Of a stretch of DNA of 64,000 nt, positions 47,559-57,025 are shown one piece after another. The position numbers and the translations under genes were made by a program. Source of the DNA: an uncultured Planctomycetaceae bacterium (GTDB taxonomy: Bacteria; Planctomycetota; Phycisphaerae; SM23-33). The number at the start of each line of letters is the position of its first letter. The stretch's first letter is position 1. Location: positions 11,379 through 75,378 of the forward strand of contig CAZOVB010000009.1 in NCBI GenBank assembly GCA_964583095.1, given 5' to 3'. The notes under the pieces were generated by a model. It did not search any database and was not told the origin of the DNA. It saw only the letters and a program-made list of their open reading frames with translations.

Positions 47559-49418
47559 ATGCGGCGGTACAATTTTTTCCTGAAGCTGTTCCTGGGCAAT
47601 GTGCTCCTGATAGCCCTGGTTCTTTCGGCCGGGGGGGCACTGGCCTATCGCTTCGCAGGCAGGCGCTTCGACGAGCAGAGCCGCGACAAACAACACCGCG
47701 TTACCGCGCTGTTCAAGGGGCATCTGGAGGCGCTCTGGCCTGGTCTTGCCGACAAGGACCTTCCCGCGCTTCGCAGCCGCATCGATGAGCTTCTCAAACA
47801 GGAGCTTTCCCCCGAAGCCGGCAACACCCGATTGACGGTCATTGACCTGAAGGGCCATGTCCTGGGAGAGACAAGCGAGGTACCGGCCGAGCAGATGGAA
47901 AATCACCTGACCTCGGATCGCCGGGAGATTCAGATGGCTCTGACCAGCGGCCAGGGGTGGGATGTAAGGCCCAGCGAAACCCTGGAGCGTCCCTTTCGAT
48001 ACCATGCCCTCAAGGTCGATCTCGGGGGAAAGCCGGTGGCCCTGGTTCGCTCGGCCATGCCGGTGCAGCATCTGGCCCAGAATCGGGATCTGCTGGCTAA
48101 ATGGATACTGATCTTCGTCGGGATCCTGGCGATAAGCGGGCTGCTGCTGGGGCTCCTGATCAGTTGGATCTGGTATGCACCGCTGCGACGTCTCACGCTG
48201 GCGGCTCGTTCCATGGCCTCGGGATCCCTGCGGACCCGGGCCCACATTCGGGGCTCGGACGAACTGGGCGAGCTTGCCAAGGCCCTGGACGAGATGCGTG
48301 AGAACCTGGCCCGGCAGATCGACCTGATCGCCACGCAGCGGGCCAATCTCCAGACCATCGTCTCCACGCTGCGCGAAGGGATCATCGCCACCGACCCCCG
48401 CGACAGGGTGGTACTGATAAACAGCGCCGCCTACGAGATGCTCAACGTCGAAAGCAACACCGGGCGCAGTCACGGCGACCTGCCCGGCCAGCACGTCCAG
48501 TCCATCGTGCGCGTTGCGGGGATCATGGATCTCTATCGCAAGGTCTGCCAGGAAGGCCAGACCGCGACTCGACAGATCGAAACCGACGTCCTGGGCCATC
48601 TGCGTACGCTGCAGGTCACGGTAACCCAGGTCGCTCCGGGCCCGGCGGAGGGACTCAACGCCCTCATTGTGGTACATGACGTCTCGGACATTGCCCGGGC
48701 GGCAGCTATGAAGAGCGAATTCGTCGCAAATGCCTCGCACGAGTTGCGAACTCCGTTGGCGACGATTCGGGCGGCTGTAGAGTCGCTGGCGTCGATCGAA
48801 CCGGATGATACCGAGATGTTCGGCAAGTTGATGGACATCCTGACCCGTCACGTCCAACGACTGGAGAACATGACGCTGGACCTGTTGAACCTGCACGTCG
48901 TAGCGACCGAAAACGTTCAGCTTCATCCGGAACAGCTCAAGGCCAACTCGGTCGCCAACTGGGTCCGAAGCAACTACGCTTCCACCGCCTCGGGAAAGGG
49001 TATCGAACTGGGCTTTGAGATGCCCGATCCGGAGCTGCAATTCCAGGCCGATCGGAAGCTGTTGGAGATGATCCTCCAGAACCTCATGGATAACGCCATG
49101 AAGTTCACCAGCCAAGGCGAGGTCGTGCTGGGCGTTTGGCAGAAACACAATCGCGTCTTGATCAGCGTGCGCGATACGGGTCCGGGCATTCGGCCCGAGG
49201 AGCAGTCGAGGGTCTTCGAACGCTTCTACCAGGCCGACCAGGCCCGTTCAGGAGATACCCGAATCCGCGGGACAGGCCTGGGCCTGGCCATCGTCAAGCA
49301 CGCAGCAGAAAGGCTTCAGGCGGTTATCAAGCTGGAATCCCGACTCGGGCTGGGAACGACCATCAGCCTCTCCTTGCCGGTAGATCCGCAGGAAGACGCA
49401 CCGTCGGAAGGTTTGTAA
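47559..49418 (+). CDS. Sensor histidine kinase (2 TM, HAMP, PAS, HisKA, HATPase_c), PhoR-like
   Basis: HAMP APLRRLTLAARSMASGSLRTR...DELGELAKALDEM. H-box SEFVANASHELRTPLATI. N-box QNLMDNAMKFT. G-boxes RDTGPGI and GTGLGLAIVKH. No response regulator gene is adjacent. Confidence 0.85.
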   Translation: MRRYNFFLKLFLGNVLLIALVLSAGGALAYRFAGRRFDEQSRDKQHRVTALFKGHLEALWPGLADKDLPALRSRIDELLKQELSPEAGNTRLTVIDLKGHVLGETSEVPAEQMENHLTSDRREIQMALTSGQGWDVRPSETLERPFRYHALKVDLGGKPVALVRSAMPVQHLAQNRDLLAKWILIFVGILAISGLLLGLLISWIWYAPLRRLTLAARSMASGSLRTRAHIRGSDELGELAKALDEMRENLARQIDLIATQRANLQTIVSTLREGIIATDPRDRVVLINSAAYEMLNVESNTGRSHGDLPGQHVQSIVRVAGIMDLYRKVCQEGQTATRQIETDVLGHLRTLQVTVTQVAPGPAEGLNALIVVHDVSDIARAAAMKSEFVANASHELRTPLATIRAAVESLASIEPDDTEMFGKLMDILTRHVQRLENMTLDLLNLHVVATENVQLHPEQLKANSVANWVRSNYASTASGKGIELGFEMPDPELQFQADRKLLEMILQNLMDNAMKFTSQGEVVLGVWQKHNRVLISVRDTGPGIRPEEQSRVFERFYQADQARSGDTRIRGTGLGLAIVKHAAERLQAVIKLESRLGLGTTISLSLPVDPQEDAPSEGL

Positions 49419-52022
49419 TCAGCGATCGTCCTTGGCCTTGACGACCACGTCGATGATCACGACCTGCGAGGCACCTTCGCAGCGGGCGCGAAGCCTGTGC
49501 GTCCCGGGCCCCAGCTGCAGCGGCTGACTGTACGCGACGAATTGCCCGGGCTCTTCGTCCTTGGCCAGCGCGTACTGAAGGGATTCGCCTTCCTTGGGCG
49601 CCGCGAGGGTAACCCGGACCCTCTCGGGATACGAGCCGTCCCGATTGGTCTTGGCTTTGCAAGTGACCCGGACACCCGGCAGAACCTCCGCAGGGGATTG
49701 TTCAACCGACATGGTCGCGGTGGCATTGCCGCCGCTGCCGTCGTGGCCGGAAAGGATCGGCCCCAGGAAGGTTTCGCGCTTTGCCTCCAGCTCCATGGAG
49801 CCCAGTTGCAGCCATTCCTTTCCGTCGGCACTTGCGTACCCGGTGATGCTTGTGCCCCGCCGTGTCATCCGCAACCAGCGAACCGGTCCGGAGAGCTTGC
49901 GATGCGAACGGGCGCGGAGCGAACCCCATGGCGAGTAGTTCGGCTTGCCCTGCATCAGCGGAGTAGCGGATTCTTTGAGATCCACATACACCGTAGCAAA
50001 GCGGACCTTGTCGGCGAAGCCTTCGCGCAAGCTCAGGCCCGGCTGGGCGGCATCTCCCTTGAGCGATTCGATCTTGGCCACGACGTCGAAATCTCCCTGG
50101 ACCTGCGTAAAAGCCAGCGCGCCCTGGTCGTTTCGGAGGTCCAGGCCATCTGCGCTGCATTGCAGGGTGAACGCCTTGTCCTGTGCTGTGACCTGACCGA
50201 CGTGTCTCGGGCTGCCGATTGCTGTCGCATGCCACCCTTGAGGCAAGCCCGTCGGTGCCGGGGCTGAGACGATCTTGATCCGTTTGCCTGTAAAACCACC
50301 CGTGCCGTCCGAGGCGATCAGATGAACGTCGTGAATCTTTCCGAGGCTCTCTTCGGGGACCTGCCAGCGGAATCGCCCCTGGCCGGTGGTGCCGACATCC
50401 CCGGCCCAGCGGTAGAAGATTACGGGATAGCCCTCCGGGTCCCGGGCCTTGTATTCGAAAGACGCCTCGCTGCCGGGCGGAGCCCAGAGTGTCTGATGCG
50501 TCAAGCCTTGAAACTCGATCAGCGGCCGCTTGTTCTGCGTGACGTCGTACTTGACGTATTTGGTATCGTTTCGCCTGCGCCGGCCATAGTGAAGCCAGTC
50601 GCTGCGCTCGTTCTTCTCGGGCCAGTAGAAATTCACGAAAACCGGATTGCTGGGGATGCCCTGGCCGTTTCGGGCGACGGCGATTACGGGGATGCGTCCC
50701 TTGGGCAAGGCCGGGTCGTGCCGGCAGACAATGTCGTAGACGCCTTCGGACACTTCCTTGACGCTCACGTTCTTCTGGTTGGGATAGACCCGTTCGAGAT
50801 GAAAAGACAGGGGCCTGTCTTCCAAATCGTAGCTGTCGCGCATGTCCAGGCGGAGGGTAATTGTTTCTTCGGGATTGCCCCAGATGCGAAGAAGGGTTTT
50901 GTTGACGGCCTGGAGGCGCGGATCGGTCGGCCGGGCCTGGACAATCCGCTTACCGTTCTTCTCTACCGAGAGGCTCAGGAGCTTGAGAATCGCCACCGGG
51001 GGAGGAGCCTTCATGCCGTGGGCGGTGTCGATCATCCCGCCGATGTGCAGGGGATCCCTGTAGCCGTGGTAGGCCAGGTTGCTTCGGGCATAGTGCCAGT
51101 GCGATACATCTCCATGACTGGAATAAGCCACCCGGTGTCGCAGTTCGGATTCGTAGGCAAGGGGCTGTCCCTGTTCGTCCACGTATGGCAGGGAGGCTTT
51201 GAAGAACGTCAGAAGCGCTGGAGCGTAGGCCCCGTGCAGCTTGAGGGTGTCCTTGATCTGGCGGGACATGCAGGCACCGGCCACGAGCATCTTGGTCAGC
51301 GCGTAGACTTCGCTGCTGGACTGGCCCACCGATTGGTAGGAATGTCCGTAGAGTCCGTCGTAATCATCGTGGACCTGCTGCGGGTCGTTGTCGTTGAAAG
51401 AAGCGTGTGAAGGTGTTCCCCGAACGCAGTTGAGAAAGAAGAAGGTCTTCTCGACCTCCAGGTTCGCGTTGTAGTCGTCGACGATATGTCGGCCCCGCCT
51501 GGCAAAGGACTGGCTGGTGAAATTTACGCCCAGCTGCGCTCGGGTCGTGGGCCGATACGGCATGCCGTAGGTGATCCGGATGAACTCATCGCGGAACTGC
51601 ATGCCGTCTTCGCCGTCGCCGAGGTTGATGCGGATCCCGCTATGGGAGAAGTCCATGGTCGCGTAGACGTCGTCCCAGAAGCCGGCGGCGTCTTTCGGGG
51701 GGGTGTCAAACTGCCGCAGCTTGGGCAACCGGGCCGGACCCGTGCCACGATCGCTGAAATCCGGATAGCGTCGATCTTCCCGAGCCGGTGGAGCGAACGT
51801 TTCGGTCTTGACACTGTTGGCCTGGTCGTGCCGGACCCGGCTGGAGTATTGAACCGGATCGGGGTCCCGGAACCAGAGCTTCCAGACAGGCCGATCGAAG
51901 AAAGGATTCTTGATTTGGCTTACTTCCTCCGATTCGGCGTCCGCCTGGGCCCATGCCCAGTGAGCACAGGATGCCAGCGAAAGGGCAAAGGTCAGAAGCA
52001 TAAGGTGAATGCGATGGGTCAT
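49419..52022 (-). CDS. Secreted 867-aa hypothetical protein with C-terminal concanavalin/LamG-like and Ig-like domains
   Basis: The internal Met at 52022 gives the signal peptide MTHRIHLMLLTFALSLASCAHWAWAQA; the 87 residues upstream of it in the track ORF are P/R/C-rich. C-terminal GALAFTQVQGDFDVVAKIESL...RWLRMTRRGTSITGYASADGKEWLQLG resembles DUF1349/concanavalin-like domains. I did not recognise the N-terminal ~550 aa. Confidence 0.7.
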   Translation of the reverse strand: MTHRIHLMLLTFALSLASCAHWAWAQADAESEEVSQIKNPFFDRPVWKLWFRDPDPVQYSSRVRHDQANSVKTETFAPPAREDRRYPDFSDRGTGPARLPKLRQFDTPPKDAAGFWDDVYATMDFSHSGIRINLGDGEDGMQFRDEFIRITYGMPYRPTTRAQLGVNFTSQSFARRGRHIVDDYNANLEVEKTFFFLNCVRGTPSHASFNDNDPQQVHDDYDGLYGHSYQSVGQSSSEVYALTKMLVAGACMSRQIKDTLKLHGAYAPALLTFFKASLPYVDEQGQPLAYESELRHRVAYSSHGDVSHWHYARSNLAYHGYRDPLHIGGMIDTAHGMKAPPPVAILKLLSLSVEKNGKRIVQARPTDPRLQAVNKTLLRIWGNPEETITLRLDMRDSYDLEDRPLSFHLERVYPNQKNVSVKEVSEGVYDIVCRHDPALPKGRIPVIAVARNGQGIPSNPVFVNFYWPEKNERSDWLHYGRRRRNDTKYVKYDVTQNKRPLIEFQGLTHQTLWAPPGSEASFEYKARDPEGYPVIFYRWAGDVGTTGQGRFRWQVPEESLGKIHDVHLIASDGTGGFTGKRIKIVSAPAPTGLPQGWHATAIGSPRHVGQVTAQDKAFTLQCSADGLDLRNDQGALAFTQVQGDFDVVAKIESLKGDAAQPGLSLREGFADKVRFATVYVDLKESATPLMQGKPNYSPWGSLRARSHRKLSGPVRWLRMTRRGTSITGYASADGKEWLQLGSMELEAKRETFLGPILSGHDGSGGNATATMSVEQSPAEVLPGVRVTCKAKTNRDGSYPERVRVTLAAPKEGESLQYALAKDEEPGQFVAYSQPLQLGPGTHRLRARCEGASQVVIIDVVVKAKDDR

Positions 52023-52167
52023 CGGGAGTCCTTCTCTTTGCAGTTCATGCGAAGCTCTAACGAGGGGGCAAAGCCTTTCGGGCCGACACGCTCTGCCACA
52101 ACATAACCCCGAACTCGTCGGGAAAACGCTGCAATTTCCGCGAATTTGTCCTGGCGGAATTCTCCTT

Positions 52168-53352
52168 TCAGAGGATCTCACTGCCGGGAGCAATCTTGCC
52201 CATGACCACGCGCCGGGAAGCACCGGTTGCGCTGGGGACGTTGTTGGGACGCATCCAGATCGTCTCGCGGGCCAGGAGCGCATAGCAGACGGCCTGCTTC
52301 GCCTCGGCGGGGATGCCCAACTCGTCGATCAACTTCATCGGCGTGCCCGGCATACGCCTCTGAAGCATTTCCATAAGCTTCGGGTTGCGAGTCCCCCCCC
52401 CGGCCAGGAGTATTTCCTCCGGCCAGACCGGCAGGAATTTCCGGTAGGCATGGGCAATGGCTTCGGCGACAAAGCCGGTGGCGGTGGCGACGGTTTCGGC
52501 CGGTCGCAACCCCCGTTTGGTGGCGTCCCGGCAGAATTCCTCGGCGTAGGAAGCTCCAAAAGTGACCGGCCCTGCCGATCGGGGAGGCTGACGTCGGAAG
52601 AAGGGATTGGAGAGCCACATTTTGATCATGCCCTCGTGGACCTTGCCGCGCTGGGCCAATTCCGCGTCGGAGTCCATTTCTCGCGTCCCGCTGGTGATGC
52701 GTCGGACGACCTCGTCAAGGAACAGGGTGCCCGGACCGGTATCGAAAGCACAGACAGCATCCAGATCGCCCTCGGGAGGCAGGAGAGTTACGCAAGTGAC
52801 TGCCGAGAGTTGCTGGATGGCCAACGGAATCTTCTTCCTGCGAAACAGCAGATGGTCGACAAATGCGGTCATCGGCCTGCCCTGGCCCTGGGCGGCAATA
52901 TCCCGTGCAGAAAACTCAGATACGGTGGGGATTCCCGTGCGTTGGGCGATGACGCAGGATTCTCCCAGGACCAGTTGTGAACGGATGGGCTGCTGACGAA
53001 AGCGTTTGGGATTGGGCTGGTGGTGGAGGACCTGTCCGCTGGAGCCGACCAGATCGATACTCTCGGGCCGAATCGAATGGCGATTGCATACGTCCCTCAG
53101 CGCTTCGGAGAAGACCTCGCCCATCACATAGTTCATCAAGGAGATGTCGGCTGCACCGCCCAGGTCGGGCCGGTACAGGGACTGAATCTTCCGACGCAAC
53201 GCCGCCGAGTACTCGACAATATCCCAGGCCAGTACGGAGAATTCGTCTCCGCTGAATTCCAGTACGGCCACATCCACGCCGGTTCCGCTGAGCCCGGCGT
53301 GCAGTCCGGCAGCGCGTTGGATCTGTGCAGGTAACGCAGAACGTTTCGCCAC
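52168..53352 (-). CDS. anmK: Anhydro-N-acetylmuramic acid kinase
   Basis: GLSGTGVDVAVLEF (compare G-x-MSGTS-x-DG-x-D), FDTGPGTLFLDEV and LLAGGGTRNPKLMEMLQRRMPGTPMKLIDELGIPAEAKQAVCYALLA match AnmK blocks. GTG start. Confidence 0.8.
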   Translation of the reverse strand: MAKRSALPAQIQRAAGLHAGLSGTGVDVAVLEFSGDEFSVLAWDIVEYSAALRRKIQSLYRPDLGGAADISLMNYVMGEVFSEALRDVCNRHSIRPESIDLVGSSGQVLHHQPNPKRFRQQPIRSQLVLGESCVIAQRTGIPTVSEFSARDIAAQGQGRPMTAFVDHLLFRRKKIPLAIQQLSAVTCVTLLPPEGDLDAVCAFDTGPGTLFLDEVVRRITSGTREMDSDAELAQRGKVHEGMIKMWLSNPFFRRQPPRSAGPVTFGASYAEEFCRDATKRGLRPAETVATATGFVAEAIAHAYRKFLPVWPEEILLAGGGTRNPKLMEMLQRRMPGTPMKLIDELGIPAEAKQAVCYALLARETIWMRPNNVPSATGASRRVVMGKIAPGSEIL

Positions 53353-53413
53353 AGGCGGCCTTTCCAGTCAAAGTTCAGCTCTTGCGAGGCAGTTCCTTTG
53401 CCCCGGAGAGCCT

Positions 53414-54694
53414 CTATTCATGCCGCAAAGCGCGGATCGGGTCAAGCCTGGCCGCCCGAAGCGCCGGATAAAGCCCGCTGATCAGGCCCACCAGGATCGC
53501 CATGGAAAACGGCAGGACCAGGGCCCAGGTGGCCACAATCGCCTCAAAACCCAGGACTTCCTTGACCATCCAGGGCGCGGCCAGCCCCAGGGCAATTCCC
53601 GCGATGCCGCCGATGGTCGTCAGCGTGACGGCCTCGACGAGGAATTGTACTACGATATCACCGCGCCGGGCACCCAGGGCTCTTCGAATACCGATTTCAC
53701 GGGTGCGTTCGGTCACACTGGCCAGCATGATGTTCATAATGCCGATCCCTCCTACCACCAGGGAGATCGCCGCGATGCCGAAAAGCGTGTAGTTCCAGAA
53801 CTTCTGCTGTTCCTGCTGGGCGCGAATCTGAGCAAGCGGCACCCGAATGCTATAGTCGGCCACCTCGTGGAACCGCTTGAGAAGACTTTCGGCCACCGCC
53901 TGGCCCTGTAGAACCGCCCGCTCTCCGGACATCCGCATGATCAACTGGCTGACCTCGACCTTTTCCCGCTGTTCATTGCCCTGGGAATAGATGACATTTT
54001 CGTTTCCGAAGGTCAGCATAGCCGTCTGCCATGGAACAATCGCACAGCGGTCTCCGTCCACTTCCTGGGCGGTAATCGAGGGGGGAAGCGATTCGGTAAC
54101 CCCGATCACTTTGAAAGGCTCGCCCGTGATGCGCACCTTCTTTCCGATGGCGTCCTCGTAGCTGAAGAGGTCCCTGGCAAGCCTTTTTGTCAGGATGCAC
54201 AGGCGCTTGCGCTGCGGGCGGATCGTCATGTCGGCCAGGCGGATGAATCTGCCCTCCTCCATGCGAACGCGGGCAAGCTGAAGGTAGTGCGGCTCGGTGG
54301 CGACAACCGAAACCGAACGATCCTTCCCTTCGTAATGAAGCTTCTTCTTGCTGATGTGCACTTTCACGTGCTGTTCGACCCCGGGGATGTTGTCCACGAG
54401 ACGCTCGACGTCCGTTGAGGTCAGGCCATAGCTGAGCATGCCCTCGCTTTCGCCTCCGGCCGACATGGCGCTGTTGGGGGGTTTGACCGAGTTGATGATG
54501 ATATTGTCCGTCCCCAGTCTGCGCAGCGCCCGGGCCGATGCGACCGAGGCCCCCTCATTGATCGCCAGCATGGCCACGACACCCCAGACGCCGAAGATGA
54601 TGCCCAGGGCCGTCAGCGCGGACTGGACCTTGTGGCTCATCAGGCTCTGAAGGGCCAGCAATACGATGTCGGTACTCTTGTAAAACGCTTTCAT
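53414..54694 (-). CDS. ABC transporter permease (MacB/FtsX family)
   Basis: N-terminal TM KVQSALTALGIIFGVWGVVAMLAI, a large periplasmic domain, and the C-terminal FtsX domain RTREIGIRRALGARRGDIVVQFLVEAVTLT. Start taken at the ATG at 54694 (MKAFYKST...). Confidence 0.85.
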   Translation of the reverse strand: MKAFYKSTDIVLLALQSLMSHKVQSALTALGIIFGVWGVVAMLAINEGASVASARALRRLGTDNIIINSVKPPNSAMSAGGESEGMLSYGLTSTDVERLVDNIPGVEQHVKVHISKKKLHYEGKDRSVSVVATEPHYLQLARVRMEEGRFIRLADMTIRPQRKRLCILTKRLARDLFSYEDAIGKKVRITGEPFKVIGVTESLPPSITAQEVDGDRCAIVPWQTAMLTFGNENVIYSQGNEQREKVEVSQLIMRMSGERAVLQGQAVAESLLKRFHEVADYSIRVPLAQIRAQQEQQKFWNYTLFGIAAISLVVGGIGIMNIMLASVTERTREIGIRRALGARRGDIVVQFLVEAVTLTTIGGIAGIALGLAAPWMVKEVLGFEAIVATWALVLPFSMAILVGLISGLYPALRAARLDPIRALRHE

Positions 54695-54704
54695 GTTTGT
54701 CTGC

Positions 54705-55412
54705 TCACGCCGACGACGCCTGTGCCTTGGCCTTGAGGGTATCCGAGTCCACGCCGCCATCCTTGAGCTGGATAATGCGCTGGGCTCGGTCGGCTACGTC
54801 ATCTTCATGCGTCACCATGAGGATGGTTCTGCCGCGGCCGTGCAGATCGTCAAACAGGTCCAGAATCTCCCGGGTTGTCTGGGAATCCAGGTTCCCGGTC
54901 GGCTCATCGGCAAGGAGGATTACCGGCTCGTTGGAAAGCGCCCTGGCCACGGCCACTCGCTGCTGCTGGCCACCGGAAAGTTCGCGGGGCAGGTGTCCGA
55001 GGCGATGGCCCAGGCCGACGCGGTGGGCCAACTCCGTGCTCTGTTTTCGCCTCGTGCTTCGAGGCATGCCCTGGTAAAAGAGCGGGACTTCAATGTTTTC
55101 TTCGATCGTCAGGCCGGGGATCAGGTTGAAGCTCTGGAAGATGAACCCGATTCGTCGATTTCGGACGTCGCTGAGCCGGCGATCGTCCATTTGTGAAACT
55201 TCCTCCCCCGCCAGCCAGTATTCGCCGCCGGAGGGCTTGTCCAGACAACCCAGGATGTTGAGCATGGTACTCTTTCCCGAGCCGCTGTGGCCCATGATGG
55301 CCACGTACTCGCCCTCGGAGATTTCCAGGTCCACATCGCGCAGGGCCACCACCCCCGGTCCGATCGGGTACACCTTGGAAAGTTTCCGCAGATCCACCAG
55401 CGTCTGGGCCAC
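54705..55412 (-). CDS. ABC transporter ATP-binding protein (MacB/LolD-type)
   Basis: Walker A GHSGSGKSTMLN. Signature LSGGQQQRVAVARAL. Walker B ILLADEPTGNLD. Confidence 0.9.
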   Translation of the reverse strand: MAQTLVDLRKLSKVYPIGPGVVALRDVDLEISEGEYVAIMGHSGSGKSTMLNILGCLDKPSGGEYWLAGEEVSQMDDRRLSDVRNRRIGFIFQSFNLIPGLTIEENIEVPLFYQGMPRSTRRKQSTELAHRVGLGHRLGHLPRELSGGQQQRVAVARALSNEPVILLADEPTGNLDSQTTREILDLFDDLHGRGRTILMVTHEDDVADRAQRIIQLKDGGVDSDTLKAKAQASSA

Positions 55413-55414
55413 CG

Positions 55415-57025
55415 TTACACCTGTGTGCTGGGGATGGAGGCCTCGTCCTGTTCGTCCTGGCCCTCCGGTTCCGAGGCCGGGTTCTTCTCCTGGGAGCTAT
55501 CCTCTTCCGGAGGCGTCAGCCGGACCTGGTCGCCCTCGGCCAGTCCCGAGACGATCTGCACGCGTTTCTCATTGCTGCCCCCCACTTCGACGTAGGTCTT
55601 GACCGGCTGACCATCGACGATTTTGTATACGAAGTAGTCCTGGTTTTCAGCAAACACCGCTGCGACCGGAACGTGCAGGGCGTTATCAAGCATGTCCAGG
55701 ACGATCTCTACAGAACAACTCATGTTGGTAGTGAGACCCATCTTTCCCGGCTCGCCTTCCAGTTCGATCAGCACACGGAAGACCTTTACTCCCGGGTTTC
55801 TCCGGCGGTCCTGGCTCTTGGGTTGGGGGGCGACCCATTTCACATGGCCGCTGAGCACCTCCCCGGGTCGGGCCTCCAGGCGCACAAACGCCTTGACACC
55901 CACTTCGGGGTTCTCTTCCATCTTGCTCTTGAGCCGTTCGATCATCGCCTCGAATACCTGTGTCTCGATTTGCAGCGAGGAGATGTCCGGGATGATCATG
56001 ATCTGGTGCTTCCTGCGGACCTCGGTGCCCACCTTGAGCTGAATCCACTGCCACCATGGGCCGTCCTGGCGATAGTCGACGTAGCCGTCCCGGGTGGCTT
56101 CGACGACCAGGTGCTCGTTCTTGTAGGTCTCCAGTTCGCTGAGTTTCTCGGTCCGGTCCCGCAGGTTTTTCTCTTTGTACTTCAACTCGGTCCGGGCAAT
56201 GCTCAGTTGGGCATCGTGTTCCAGTTGGTCCCGCTCCAGGGCCAGTTCGGCCGACCGGACATTTGCCTGGTAACGCTGTCGCTCGCGGGGATGATCATAT
56301 TTCTTGAGCATCTCGAGCTTGCTCTTGGCTCGCTGCTCGGAGAGCTTCAGGCGATCCACGGCCAGCTTCTCCGCCTTGAGATCGTTCTCGCTGTAGGGCT
56401 GGCCCAGCTTGGGGTCTTCATTGATCTTGAGCTTGAAATTGAGCTTTTCTTCGGCCAGACGTCGCGCCCGCTCGGCGATGGCGATTTCCTGTTCGTGTTC
56501 CGTCAGCTGTATCGGAAATTGCCCCTTGAGGTACCGTTCCAGATCGGCCTTGGCATCCTCGACAGACTGCCTGGAATTGGCCAGCTTGTTGTCCAGTTCC
56601 TTTTCTTTGAGTTCCAGACTTCGCTCAGCACGCAACAGCGATTCTTTGGCGCTGTCAACGGCCAGCCGCTCTTCCTCGATTTCGGTCTCGAGCTTCTCGC
56701 ATTCGAATTCCACCACCCGGTCGCCGGCCTCGACGGGCGTGCCGTTCTCAACGATGTAGACGATGGTCGCCGACCAGGGAAGCTCATTGCGAATCACTTC
56801 GCTTTCGGCTGCCTCGATCTCTCCCTTTTCGGAGATGGTCACCAGCAACTCTCCCCGCTGGACCTGGGCGGTGAGTCCCTGGTCGGCCTGGCCCTGGCCG
56901 CCGTTGACCCAGTAATAGCTACCCAGGCCGGCTCCGGCCAGAAGCACCAGGGCCAAGGCTCCCCAGATCCAGTAGGAGCCATAGTTTTTCGACCCGGAAC
57001 GTCCGGAGTCAGATGTCGTTGTCAT
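55415..57025 (-). CDS. Efflux periplasmic adaptor subunit (HlyD/MacA family) with long coiled coil
   Basis: N-terminal TM YWIWGALALVLLAGAGLG. Lipoyl-like VEAGDRVVEFE. An extended coiled-coil (heptad-rich E/K/L region). Beta-barrel VKAFVRLEARPGEVLSGHVKWVAP. Confidence 0.85.
   Translation of the reverse strand: MTTTSDSGRSGSKNYGSYWIWGALALVLLAGAGLGSYYWVNGGQGQADQGLTAQVQRGELLVTISEKGEIEAAESEVIRNELPWSATIVYIVENGTPVEAGDRVVEFECEKLETEIEEERLAVDSAKESLLRAERSLELKEKELDNKLANSRQSVEDAKADLERYLKGQFPIQLTEHEQEIAIAERARRLAEEKLNFKLKINEDPKLGQPYSENDLKAEKLAVDRLKLSEQRAKSKLEMLKKYDHPRERQRYQANVRSAELALERDQLEHDAQLSIARTELKYKEKNLRDRTEKLSELETYKNEHLVVEATRDGYVDYRQDGPWWQWIQLKVGTEVRRKHQIMIIPDISSLQIETQVFEAMIERLKSKMEENPEVGVKAFVRLEARPGEVLSGHVKWVAPQPKSQDRRRNPGVKVFRVLIELEGEPGKMGLTTNMSCSVEIVLDMLDNALHVPVAAVFAENQDYFVYKIVDGQPVKTYVEVGGSNEKRVQIVSGLAEGDQVRLTPPEEDSSQEKNPASEPEGQDEQDEASIPSTQV

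Noticed and set aside
52023-52283. 87-aa N-terminal extension of the 867-aa secreted protein ORF (track 49419..52283)
   Set aside because: The extension overlaps the 3' end of anmK and is P/R/C-rich. The Met at 52022 gives a canonical signal peptide.
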